From Eukaryota sp. GEM-RC1 (Eukaryota), in NCBI GenBank assembly GCA_040285855.1, contig JAUFOQ010000017.1, forward strand, positions 310,001 through 374,000: 64,000 nucleotides of DNA, read 5' to 3'. Below, piece after piece: positions 12,145 through 24,600 of the stretch (within the stretch, counting starts at the first letter, position 1; the number at the start of each line of letters is the position of its first letter). The translations under genes were made by a program, and so were the position numbers. The notes under the pieces are model-generated. The model saw nothing but the letters and a program-made list of their open reading frames with translations. It was not told the origin of the DNA and searched no databases.

Positions 12145-13065
12145 TTATAGTTCATACTTACTTTTTAGAACCTCTTCTCTAAGCTTATTAATAGTGAGTT
12201 GAGAATCAGAATTGATCTCCCGTTCCAAATCCAAATCACATTGTAAATTATTTAATAAAGTGTCTTTGGAATGTATAATATCCTGCAGCTTATTAATTTC
12301 ATTAACATATTCTCTATTAATCCGTGAGACGCGATCTAAACGATCTTGAAGCTTTACACTCAACTTCTTCGATTCATCTCTTTCCACCATCAATGTGCGG
12401 ATATCGGAGTCCTTCTGGGCAATGGAGTGTGAATCAGAAGAGGAATTGATGTGAGTTGGAGTCTTTGGCCTTGAATAAAAGTCAAGAGTAGCCTTCATGA
12501 AGTGAGAGATGTCAGGTGAGGTGACAACACATTGGTCGAGGAAGTATAGCGCTGCTTGAGCATGTGAAGATTTTCCTTTAATGAAATGAGAACGGGTGAA
12601 GGACAAGAAAGAGATTTCAAATACTATGCTAGCACAACCAGTAGCGAGAGCAAGGAAGAAGTAGAATCGGTCAGGATCAAGAGTGAAGACGGAGAAAGAA
12701 TAACAAGAAGCGATAACCACCAGCAAAAAGGTAAGAAGATAAGTGGAGTATAACTTCTTTCGTATGCGAACTCTGGCTTTGGAGAAGTAAGAAACGTACC
12801 CAATCATAGCAATTGATTCGATGGTGGAAGAGTAGATAGAGACAAGAATGAACGAAAGTGATAGAAAGATAGCAAAAAGGAGCTGAATATGTACAGAGGA
12901 ATTGACCACATTGAGGAAGTAGAGAGCCGCCAAACAGACAAGAAGCAAAGATGATATAACCAATTGAGTTACATGACAGAATATGCTATGGGAGACCAAT
13001 GACTGTTTGAGTATGTCTTGAGACCGAAAGCTTCTTGTGGTAAGAAGCGATTGTCGATCAATCAT
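12145..13065 (-). CDS. TMEM192/FIP1-like membrane protein with C-terminal coiled coil
   Basis: Four hydrophobic segments, a GYVSYFSK motif after TM2, a PD motif after TM4 and a C-terminal coiled coil. Confidence 0.55.
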   Translation of the reverse strand: MIDRQSLLTTRSFRSQDILKQSLVSHSIFCHVTQLVISSLLLVCLAALYFLNVVNSSVHIQLLFAIFLSLSFILVSIYSSTIESIAMIGYVSYFSKARVRIRKKLYSTYLLTFLLVVIASCYSFSVFTLDPDRFYFFLALATGCASIVFEISFLSFTRSHFIKGKSSHAQAALYFLDQCVVTSPDISHFMKATLDFYSRPKTPTHINSSSDSHSIAQKDSDIRTLMVERDESKKLSVKLQDRLDRVSRINREYVNEINKLQDIIHSKDTLLNNLQCDLDLEREINSDSQLTINKLREEVLKSKYEL

Positions 13066-13740
13066 ATCGTGTTGAGAGAAATTCTCAGAAAAAGTCCAAT
13101 TTGCCTGGAGTATAAACGTAGTACATTGTACATTGTAGATACAATTCTGTCAACACTGTGACGGAATCCAACACTACTTTGGTTGTTTGTTGTTGTTTGA
13201 TAGGAAGTTTCACCGCAATTTTTCTAGTGTAGTTTTTCAAATAGTACAGAATGACTTTAACGTTAGGATGGACAGATAGCAGTACTGACAGATCCAATAT
13301 AACAACTTCTTATTGTTAAAATTTATTAGATGAAATCAATTAATGTTGTTGCTACTACAAAGGCAATTCATATATACTGGTATATATTATCTTGATGTGA
13401 TCAACAGGGGCTTCAACTTACCTCCAATTCAATGTCCAGAAGGGATCGAATATCACTCAGACTACCATCAATCTTTTTTAACATTGTTTCAAGTTCATTG
13501 GTTTGTCAATGGTTATTTAGACTTACTGGACTGTGCTGTAGTACTTTGACCAACTCTGAGTACAGCATGCATCAGTGCAGATGTTTAAACGAAACAAATT
13601 GTTGTGTATTCTTGACAGCTGGCAAATTTATAACACTTATTTTCGTTTGCAAATTTCAATTTATGGTTGGCTAGGCAAGAATGTTCTTTGGTTTCTCTCT
13701 GATTTTGAAGTGAATGCAAAAATGAATGCACAAGCTGTAG

Positions 13741-13876
13741 CAGGGCTGTCTAAAAGCTGAACCGTAAATTATTTTTTACTATGGGCCTAACCCATAAATT
13801 AATTTTCGTAACCAATCCAAACCGTAATTAAATTTCCGTAATAGTTCAAAACCGTAAATTAACTTCCGTAATTGAA
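13741..13876 (+). mobile_element. Orphan hAT-like end with ~30-bp subterminal tandem repeats
   Basis: Starts CAGGGCTGTC, like the 59139 TIR, followed by 3-4 degenerate AACCGTAAATTAA.TTCCGTAA units. No matching other end found. Confidence 0.5.
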
Positions 13877-13951
13877 TATAAAGGTCATAAATGACTTCCT
13901 GGAACCCAATGAATGTTGTGATACATATTTCTAATGTGTTCTTAGAACATA

Positions 13952-14025
13952 CAGTCTTCCCCCGGTTTATGTCCAAACTCGGTTTATGTCCAGTCCAAGA
14001 GGTGGACATAAACCGGGGAAGACTG
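13952..14025. mobile_element. 74-bp Tc1/mariner (pogo-like) MITE
   Basis: TA-CAGTCTTCCCCCGGTTTATGTCC...GGACATAAACCGGGGAAGACTG-TA: 22-23-bp TIRs, TA TSD and an extra internal CGGTTTATGTCCA. Confidence 0.8.
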
Positions 14026-14484
14026 TATCATGTACCTTTGCTTCACCATTACATCTTAATACCAAACAATGATTTCTATATAGTCTTGACCTGAACTGTA
14101 ACAACATTAGTAAATGGTGGTAATTACAGTTATAATCACAAAAGTTCTTTTTGATCTTAGTGCTATCTGTGAGGGAAATTCTTCTGTGTAATGTCAATGA
14201 TTGCTACTTAATGTCATTGATTTTTAGGTCTGTTCGTGATTCATTTTAATTGTCCAATATAAGATAAGTTTGTATAAAACTCAAAGACGAGAAATGCCGG
14301 TAGATCACCTTATAACCATGGATTTAGAAAGACTCTAAATTAAAATTAATTATTACAAAAAAAGACTCTTTAAACAATGGAATAAAATTGGTTTGAGTCG
14401 AGTCAAATTCTTTGTTTCAGTTGTCAACACTTGACAACCGGACATGCTTCTTCTCTCATTTATCGGATTCATCTATCGCACTAG

Positions 14485-15455
14485 ATGACTAATCCTGTTC
14501 TAGAGCCACCGAAGTTTGGTCCACAACGACCTTCTGTTTACGATCTTGAGAAGGCTTATCGAAAGCAGCAACAATTAGATGAACGAAAGTTACGTACTCG
14601 TTTTGTCCTTATTTTCCTGTTTCTGGTGGTATCTGCTGTAGTTGTTTCTTTTTTCTTCATATCCAACCACTGTGGCACTCTAACAAATACCTTCACATCC
14701 AATACAACCGTCCCTCTCACAGTAGAAGCCATTCTGTTAGACTATCCTGGTTCTCTTACTGTTGTTTCTGATGATTCTCTCGCTGACTCAATTGTTATTT
14801 CTTACACTGTGAGGCATACAGGTTCGCTAGTTCCCCTGGTTGTTAATGTCAAGGAATCAGAAGTTCTCCCTGATGTTTCTGCTGATCAATTGTCTCTTTT
14901 CCTGAACAACGGTCCCTTTTCTCTACTTTGAAAGCGTTCTGTCACGATTATTCCGTCATTATACATATTCCCCCTGCTCACAAGTTGCTCAGCATTACTG
15001 GTGAAACGTCTGAATTTCAAGCTGATGATCTATTATCATGTAAATTAGACCTTAAAACACTTACAGTCTCTATAGGATCTTTGCATACCTCTCAGACAAA
15101 TATCGAGTCCTCACAATGTTTTATTTCAACTCTTTTTGCTGATGAATCTCTTTGTTATGTCAGATTCCCTGGAGCTCAGAAGAGATTCACTTTCAAGGGA
15201 GATGAGCTTATTCTCTCTTCAGTCACTGCCGGTTCAATTGTAACTACAGAAACGTCGTTTGCTAATGTTTCTCTGTCTTCTGATTGGACTGGAATTATCA
15301 AGCTACAAGGTGATAAGGACGAGAGAATTCAGTATGAAGGTTCGGCTGCTTCTTGGAATGTTAGAACCAACGTAAGAGGTGAAGGTAGCTTGGGTGGACT
15401 ACACCCTTATTCTGTTGATATTGAAGCTGACAATATTGTTTTTATTACTCCGTAG
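14485..15455 (+). CDS. Type II single-pass membrane protein of unknown function (frame break near 14918)
   Basis: N-terminal charged segment, one TM (FVLIFLFLVVSAVVVSFFFI) and a beta-rich ectodomain. One extra T at CCCTTTTC fuses the two ORFs. Confidence 0.65.
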
Positions 15456-15703
15456 AATTTCTACTTGATAAAAAGAAACTGAAAATAACTGTAATAAATA
15501 CAAGTCGGTCAAAGCAATGTTTTTTAAGACTATTAATAGAGCTATTCTTCTTCTGAAGAATACAATGTAGACAGCTACGACTAGTGGAAGAATAACTTAT
15601 AAGCAATGTCCATTTGACTGAAACTTCCCTAAATAAAGAATTAAAACAAAACTCGAAAACGGATCGACTTTATATACAAAAATCTTTATCTTACTACAAA
15701 TAC

Positions 15704-16590
15704 TTAATTAGTCTGAACACTTACAATGGGTTGGACATGAGCATCTGAACAAATGGTGACCAAAAGGTTACTAATCAACTGATTTCTGTCAGACTCTCCA
15801 AACTCAAGACCCTCGTTCTTCAAGGTTCTAACAGAGTCACAAATGATATCAGTAGCTCCCTTGACAATGAACTGACGAGAACTAAGGAGGGCAGAAGCTT
15901 GCTGCTTGACGAGCATACCTGGGGCCTGGGGTTAGTAGGACGAAAAGAGTCATACAATGATAGGATCATACTGCAAATCTACCAAGTCAAAAGTGAGGGT
16001 ACGAATACCGGCGAAGTGACTCTTTTCCTGCATCAATTCACACATGCGAGCAGAGACTGCTTGGGACTCAGACTTGAGCGAGGGCTCTTCTGGGTCTTCA
16101 GTGATATAAGGATATTGGGAGATGACGCGTTTGAGCACGGTAAGAGAGATGTTATGGATGTATTGATGAACGTCCTCGAAGTTCAGACCCGCAGTCATGC
16201 TGTCAACAACCTGATAGGTGACAACACAAGAAACTTCCAACATAGCACCAGTGGAATCCACGATGTCAGTGTTGTTGTGCTTGATTGAGTAGATTCTCTT
16301 GGACATTCGGACTACTGATCGGCCCCAGACCGAGTACCAATGCAAGCCTTCGGGGCATACTTCGCGAACTTTACCAGAAGTTAATGCATAGAAAAGGAAG
16401 ACATACCAAATAGTAGAACAACTACCTCCTCATTGGGGTCAACAGTGAAGAAAGAAGCGATGAGAGTGATAGGGAAGAACAGTATAGAGAAGAACCACAT
16501 CAGAGCATACTCGGTAAAACCGGCGACCTGAGTGTCGAATTCAGCAACATCTTCGTTTGGTGAAGAAGGGATGTTTTGAAGAGAGGACAT
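15704..16590 (-). CDS. SPFH/band-7 domain protein, two introns (16375-16406, 15926-15955)
   Basis: The spliced product has TVDPNEEVVVLLFGKVREVCPEGLHW...IVDSTGAMLEVSCVVTYQVVD...DLQYDPIIAPGMLVKQQASALLSSRQFIVKGA...ISNLLVTICSD, typical of this SPFH subfamily. Confidence 0.85.
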
Positions 16591-16834
16591 GTGAATGGAA
16601 TTTGCTTTTGAAAAGCTCAACTAGCAGTGACATAGACCTAGACAATACTTCACTGTAATCAAAAAGTACGTTTGTGTTGTTTCCTTCAATGCACATATAT
16701 TTTAATTCAATTTTAGGTAAGTTGTTCGGTGAAGGACAGAAGGATCATAGTTTAGATACTTTAGTTAGTGTCTGTTAGTTATTAATTTCTGCAAATGTAT
16801 GCATTATTTCACTGATTGATTATAACCCCGTTTT

Positions 16835-17035
16835 TTATTAAAGTACTTTAGTCACTTTACTTTATTTTACTTTACTTTACTTTACTTGAAACGTCCAAAA
16901 TGAGTAAAGTAACAAAACTTCAATGTTAGTCTGGTGATCACAGATGTCCAAAAAAGCTATCTTGACCCAATCTGTATTGTAGAAACTCACCAAAAACTAC
17001 AAAATAATAAACACCAAGCAAGTGAGTGCAAAAAA
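16835..17035 (-). repeat. Partial inverted copy of the 7941-8547 element family
   Basis: A (CTTTA)n array and TTGTAGAAACTCACCAAAAACT match the reverse complement of ~8362-8520. Confidence 0.7.
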
Positions 17036-17134
17036 CTACTATCCCGCCGACTTACAGGATTAAAACAGCAGTTGAAACGAGAAAGAATTACTCTATGATT
17101 CACCAACAAGGACAAGAATGCACTGTAGTTGAAA

Positions 17135-17807
17135 CAGGGATGTTATAAAATATATTTTTATTTTATTTATTGCAATAAATATTATTTATTTATTTATTGT
17201 CAGCAGCTGGATCAACAATATATTTATTGTCTCAAATCGCAATATGCAATAATATTGCAATATATTGCAATATTGTGACAATATATTTTCATGCCAAATT
17301 GTCGTGTTTTCATTTGCAAATATCGAACTTTCTTCATTTCAATTTGTAGAGTACTGTCTCAATTTTGTAACCAAGGAAAACAGTTAATCATAGCATCATG
17401 GAACAAAATGGCTAAAGAAATATTAGTTGTTCTTTTTTTTCTTGATGACTATCAAACCAAAACTTGTTGCTGAACATTACTTTCGGCTACTTGATCCACA
17501 ACCTGTTCGCCCTGATTCTGCTCGCGGAACTGAACCTTGGGGGTGTGTTGAATGCAAAAAAAAGAACATCGATGTTGTCATCTGGATGGCCACAAAATCG
17601 GGCTATCAAAATCTGTTCTCTCATGTAAAAAATCACCACAGAAATTATGAACAACCCGGTTTTTCTACATTATACCAGTACTAAAGTTGCAGCAGATAAT
17701 ATAGTCAATAAATATATTTATTTATTGTGATGCCCGACAATATCAATATATTTATTGCAAGCCCACACAATAATTTATTTATTTAAATATATTTTTCAAC
17801 ACCCCTG
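17135..17807 (+). mobile_element. Non-autonomous hAT element carrying a BED zinc-finger remnant (673 bp)
   Basis: TIRs CAGGGATGTTATAAAATATATTT / AAATATATTTTTCAACACCCCTG. Perfect TSD AGTTGAAA (17127-17134, 17808-17815). Internal ORF WGCVECKK...SGYQNLFSHVKNHH is a BED-type finger. Confidence 0.88.
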
Positions 17808-18171
17808 AGTTGAAAGTCAAATTGACCACTGCTGTTTTCTCCATTTGAGTACTTGGAGATATATAAATCTTGTATTTGCTGAATTAATTCTGAAACACTG
17901 AAATGTAATGGATCAAAAATTGGTTTATTGCACAGTTAACATCCTTATTCACCCAGATTAGCATTTTGTGCTGATTTCCTGTCAGAGCAAAAATATATAC
18001 ACAATATACATATATAGATAACAATTATTGTACCTGGCTAAAGATCATTCCTGTAAACGGTAGATATTTATACCCAATTGAGATAATTCTACAATGATGA
18101 AAAGACGAAAGGATTGACTAAAACCAATTGACTAACAAACGAAAACAACTCTAAACCAAATGATGCACAGA

Positions 18172-18571
18172 TTACCAGTCATCATCATCACCAAAGAGGT
18201 CAAATCCACCAAGGTCTTCTTCGACTTCCTCTTCTTCGACAACTTCCTCTTCAACTTCAGCAGCTGTTTCACCTTGAGCAGCAGCAGTAGAAGAAGCAGC
18301 GGGAGCGGCACCAACTATAATTAAATGAAGATGAAATGACAATACCCTTGGTAGCAGATTGAATGAGATCCTTCATGTCAACGCCAGCTAGAGCACGAGC
18401 AAACATTGGAGGTACAAAGGGTTCGACACGGACCTTGGCAGCTGTGAGAAGAGCCTGAATTTTGTCTGCCTGAAGTCAGGGAAGATGGAGACAAACAGTG
18501 ATATCAAGTCCTTCGTCAGAAATGATAAGAGCAGCATAGATAGTTGCAAGAGTTTCACGATCTAAAGACAT
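18172..18571 (-). CDS. RPLP1: 60S acidic ribosomal protein P1, two introns (18470-18496, 18315-18345)
   Basis: Spliced 113 aa: [61 protein letters not shown]...AAPAA...EEEEVEEDLGGFDLFGDDDDW. Confidence 0.92.
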
Positions 18572-18666
18572 TTGTAGAAGTGTTGGTTTGTTGTTGAGAA
18601 AAAAGGAATTCTGGTTTTCTGGAAAAATGACTTCAATTTGTTATTTATAAATACAATAAAACTACA

Positions 18667-21600
18667 CTATTGAAAGATAGAGCTGATCCAAGAGACAATG
18701 TCAATTGTTCCACTAGGTCTTTTCTGTAAATGACTGCAAATAAAACGAGTATACTCAACCCCAATAACGCTACTAAAAACAGAAACAAATTCATCTTCTG
18801 TAAATTTGGAAATATTCAATTTTTTCAAAAGTCTACGTAGTGAAATCAACATATCTTCAGGACCATTAACAATCAAAATTGATAGTTGTCTACACAATTC
18901 TTCAACAGAATGAACCTTCATTTTGTCAGTCGCCAAAATCGTTGAAACTGATCGTAAATCAGAAGTAATGGTATAAAGAGATTCAATAGAAGAAAAAAGA
19001 TTTACTGGAACTGAATTAGTTGTTCGATGATCTGAGACTTCAAGCAAATGGTCCTTGAAAAGTAGAATGTTTTCATCAATAATTGATAGAGATTCTTCGA
19101 CAATATTTGAGTATTGAGAACTATTTTGAATTTTCTGTAATTGAATATTTTGATGAGTTAGTTCAGTTACTATGGCAGAAACATCTTCAGGTTCGAAAAT
19201 AACATCTCGAATTAAGGATATCTTGTCATCAAATTGATTGAAAAGAGATCTTGATTGGCAGACGCACAATAGACTTCATTGACTGATTTGAAGAAATTAG
19301 ACAGAATCGTAGACTTTTGATTTTGCTTTTCAACAATAAAAAGTTCGAGTTTTTCAAGGATTTCCTCCTTCATGTATTCAAGCTTTTCTGAATCGAATAA
19401 ATTCGAAGGCAATTTTTGAACATTTAAAATAATTGCTGCAGCTCCAATGGAATCAACTTTATCCATCCACGATTCAATAAAGCTCATTCCAAACGAAATT
19501 CTGTAATTATCAACGAAATTTTCGAAATATGAAGACAAATGTTGTCCCAAAAGTTGAGACAATTCCTTCGGTGACTTATAAGTAAAGAGCTTTTCCAACA
19601 TGACGTCACATTTTGATACAAATGAACTGTCACAACTCGAGGAATTAGCAACAACTGATTTAAACTCAATAATTGGTAAAACAAACGAAAGATAGTCATC
19701 GAAAAAGTCGACTAAATCATAATTGACTGAATCATTCTGACAGTCAAAATCATGGAAATCAAGATCATGAAGAATTTTAATAAATGAATCAGTTTGTTTA
19801 GATAAGTTATTCAACTCAAGACTTAATTCACTATCATTACCATCACTGCGACTATTAACCAATTTTTCAAAAAGTAAAGAATTTTCACTAATTTGATTGT
19901 CGACCAATGATTGGTAAATAGTAGTTCCTTCAGTTTGTAAATTTAGTAAAATCTTAAAAATTAAGTTCAAAAGGAAGGAATCATAACAGAATCAGACAGA
20001 ATGCCATCAAACGCATTCAAAATTTGATCGAGTTGTTGATTGAAATCTTCTTCAACATCGCTCTCATCATCAAAGAACTTTGCCAACACACCAACCACGT
20101 GATCACTGAGTTCAGAAAAGGCAAGTTTGGAATCATCGAGAATCTCAGACGTATTCTCCCAATCAGAATTGACTTTTCGAGAAAGAGTCATAACTTGACG
20201 TAGACTTTCCTTTAAGGTAGTAAGAACAGAATCAGTAATAGAATCAATTTTGGATCTAGAAATTGAATCGACCTTTGAACAGATATTTGACAAGAGATTT
20301 AAATAATTATGGAAATCAGAAAAATTCAGATCCCACTCATCTCCTTTGAAAATATTTAATCTATTCTCAAATAAATCATAGTTCAATTTAATTAAAACGT
20401 CAGAGAACTGATTCCAGCATAACAACACGTCATCAAAAGTATCAAGATTGATTGATGATTCTGGTTGTAGATTCAATTGCCGGTCAATATCTAGAGACAA
20501 CATGATATCGATTTGATTGAGGGACGATCTGATGGTAGTCATGATTGCTGATCTGGGATCCGAGTAATCAAATAATTCAGAAAAAGAATTGGTATTTGCA
20601 GCATAATTTAGCGACAAATCAGAGATGGAAAGTCCTGCAGAGCTTTCTGATTGATTGGAAGAATCGTCAACAAATTTGGTTAACTTTTTCGAAATATTAG
20701 TCAGATTTTGATTAAAAACCAACACTAAAATTTGATTAGCTTGCGTTATTCTAACAGTGTCTTGGAACTGAATTAAAAATTGTACAATTCCCAAATTATG
20801 ATAATGTTCAAAACGAGAAGTAACAGTAGAACTGCAAAAGCTAAAGAACGAAGCTTCCACATCATCCAACCAATTTAAATCATCGAAATAGATATAATTG
20901 TTGGAAAAACCTTCAAGTATTGTGTTAATCACGGACTGAAACTTACTGGAACAGCCATCAAACAGATCAATTTGCCACGAGTCGATGACGTTTCTGATAG
21001 ACGCAAGATTCTCTCCATGGTTGTAAATCCAATCGAAATCAACAGAGTTTCCAAAAACTAATTGATTTTCTAAATCATTAGTATAATTTTTAAATTCATT
21101 CAGCATTTTGGTACGAGACAGATTGGACAATGACAAAGCGTGCTTCAACACGTGTTCTATTTTGAAACACGTATCGATCGTAGACAAACTATTATACATT
21201 TTGACTAGCTTGGAGATAATCAAACGCATAGAATTTTCAAGAAGATCATGAATTTCTTTGACCGAATGTTCAATAGAAGAATTAGGTCTTAAAGGCAAAA
21301 CTCTTAGAACCTCCAAGCACATTGAATAAAGAGAGGAAAACCGATTGAAAAGATCAGAAAATACGTTTAAATCAGAAGAAAACAAATGATGAGAAGTAAA
21401 CAGCTGAGTGGAACTTTCCTTCAAAGTCGTTAAGAAGTCTCTTGACTTCAGTAAAAGGTCAGGAACTCCGGTAAGAACAACGGAAGCCCCAGCTTCTCGA
21501 TGATTGTCAATGTTGAGTTGTTCTATTGTAGAGACAATAAGCAAGTAGTCGTCGGAAATCAATTGACTAATGTCGTTTGCAAAGAGAGATTTGATTGATT

Positions 21601-24600
21601 TAGTTTTTGATTTGATGAAATCAACCCCTGATCGAGCTTCATTAACTTTCAATAAACATTCACGAACTGTTGACGATCGGTCAGCAGAATTCAATGAGAA
21701 AACCGTCATTAAAGACGTTATAGTTTTAGAACACCACGAGTAGAGCTGAGATGAGTATTGGTGAACCTGCAATTGCTCCAGAATGATCCCTTCTTGATTC
21801 TGAACATCGACTAAACTTTCCTGTTCTAGTGACAAAAGTTTCTTATGAAACGAGGCTAAACATTCACTTGGAATCTGTAATCCATCATAAATTGAAATTA
21901 AAAACTGATGAAGTCGACCAGCCATCTCGACTCTGAATAACTCTGCCACGTGTTTGATTGGGACGAATTGATTGTGCAACAAGTCATCACTGAGGAGATT
22001 TTCAACACTAGGAATAATCAAAGAAGAATCAGATGTCACATCAGTCAAAATTGATCTCGTGATTGATTCAGAAAAAGAGTTCAGCTGAGTTGCAAAAGAA
22101 TGAATAAATGTTGATTTTTGAGGTTGCGAGGGATTTGATTGGCAAATTGACGTGATGCGATCAGAAATGATACCAACTTCTGAAACAAAACTGGCATTAC
22201 TTGCTGATACAAAGAAGAGCTCAGCCAAATGCTCACGGTCAAGCGAATTCAGAAGGCTGTCAACGTCATCAACCCCTCCAAGAATAAAGATTAAGTTTGC
22301 TAGTCCTTCTTCGCCAGACATTTCAATTGAACTTGATGAAGGTGTAAGTGACAGTCGATGGAAAAACTCTAATAAAGAGGAGAGAGAACTTGACATTAAA
22401 GAAAAGAACTCATTTAGAGAGCAGAGGTAGGGTCTGGCAACGCCAATGTTGTCGAATTGTTTGCAAATAGAGACGTATTTGGAAATTGATTGGTTGAGAT
22501 CAAATAGGAGTGATCTAGAATCAGTGGAATTATTTAATATTTGAGAAATAACTTCCATAATATCATCATAACACTCATAAATGTACCTGAAGCTCATCAT
22601 AACTCGACGTTCCAGGTCCTTCGAAACCGCAACGTCTTTTTTGAGCAAATCCTCAGTAGAATTAAAATGTTTAAATTGTTTGAAAATGTGCTGTGAAGTT
22701 TTTGTAGACAAAACTGACAAAGAATCTGCAGCACTGAAGCAATCAGAAACGTGATCCGAGTGATCAATCACTTGCCTCTTATGTAAACGGACTCTTGCCT
22801 CAGACGTAATAGATCTAATAAATACAGCTAATAGAGAATTGGCAGGAAGAGATTGGATGATCTCATCAATAGACTCATTTGAGAAAGATGTGATCATGAG
22901 CCCTTCTTGGATTGATTGGATGATGTGATTGATTGTGGAGTAGGTCTCAGTTCTAGTTTGTCTAATTTTGGAGAGAACTGCAGAGACCGACAGTGTTGCA
23001 AATGGATTATGACAAGACAAAACACCAGTTTCGGCAAATTGTAGAATTTTCAAAATTTTAGATTCGACGCCAAGTTCAGGGTTTGAATCTAACGTGACCA
23101 GAGAGTTGTAATATCCAACCAGTTTTTCGAAAACAAACTGAGGAAATTCCTCAATGTTAGAACAGAAATTTGAAATATTTCGGCAACTTTTAATAACGCC
23201 ATCAGCCCATGTAGACAACTCATCGATTAAATCAACAACAAACTTCTGATTCTGCTGAAAATTGGACAATTTAGTCTTGTAAAGAGGCAAAATCTCATGA
23301 ACTCGGGCTAATTTCATCGAAACCAACTCAATAAATCTAGAGACAAAATCATGTAACTTATCAGCAAGTAAACTAAGCTGACTGGGTAATCTATTTTTAC
23401 AAGAGTAGAGCTCACGACGAGCGTCATCCAATGAATCAACCATTTCTTGTACTTCAACGACACTTCTTCTACTGGAAACGAAGAAGTTATCAGGGAGAGA
23501 CGAGATACAATTGCAATAAGTGGAATTTGAATCGTTGATGACACAGTGATCAGAGCAAGGGGAAAAATTTAAATTTTGGAGGGAAATTGAAATTTGTGAA
23601 AAAAGAGAAAATGTAGTCGATGCCAAGGATGAGAACCGGTGTGTGGCCTTTTCAGCAGTTTCGAATTGGCGAAGTCGATCTTCTAATTTTGACCTGGATG
23701 ACGTGATCTTACCTAATAGGGAGGAAATCATAAGACCAGCATCAGAAATGGATCCAATAGAAGACATGTTTAAGCTTCTAGAGACTTCAGGAGACCATTC
23801 AGAGAAATCTTGGCTGACAGATCCAATGAAAATTTCCAACATTTGTAAAAGATTGTAATATTGTAAGCAGTCAGGATTTTGCATGTGTGTTAGACTGACT
23901 GAGTCGAGAAATTTGGAGAGAAATTTTAAAATTTTGGGATATAGTGCAATGAGATTAAATCCTTTTGAAATCGTTGAAAATTCGGGAAAAATTGTGGCTA
24001 TTTTTGATTTGGACAAAATTTCAAATTTCTTCACAATTTGATCATCAATTGATTGAAGCTCAGTGATTTGATCCTTTAAAATAGTAGCCATCTTCAAGTG
24101 ATTACTACAAAGTTCTGAATCACTAAGTAGAAACGTAATCACAGCATGACAATCACTTAAAATTGATTGGTAAGAGTTGTAGAGGGTAGAATCGGGAGTG
24201 TCAGGACTGATTGACAATTCACTGAAAAATTTAAAAAGCACAGATCGTGTAGAAAGTTCTAACGGACTGTGAGGATTCGATACAACTTCACAATCCAAAT
24301 TTTGGTCATATTTGAAAAATTTAGAAAACAGCTGATCAATGTCGTGAAATTTCGAACTAAGATAACTGAGTGCACTTGAACTCCGATCAATTAAGATCTT
24401 TTGAAGCGCAGAAGGGCTCAATTCTATTGAAGTCAAACGACCCTTATTGATGACGTCTACAATGCCATTTCCATCACTAATGATAGAATTGATTACAGAG
24501 AAAAGTGGATGTGATGGAAAGTGAACAAACAAATCAGAATCAAAACAGAATTCCTTTAACTTGACATCTGAAGAGTTAAACATCTCCAAAACTTGATTGA

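Noticed and set aside
13760..13876. CRISPR-like array of ~30-bp units
   Set aside because: The units are degenerate and contiguous with no unique spacers or cas genes. The context is eukaryotic and they fit transposon subterminal repeats.
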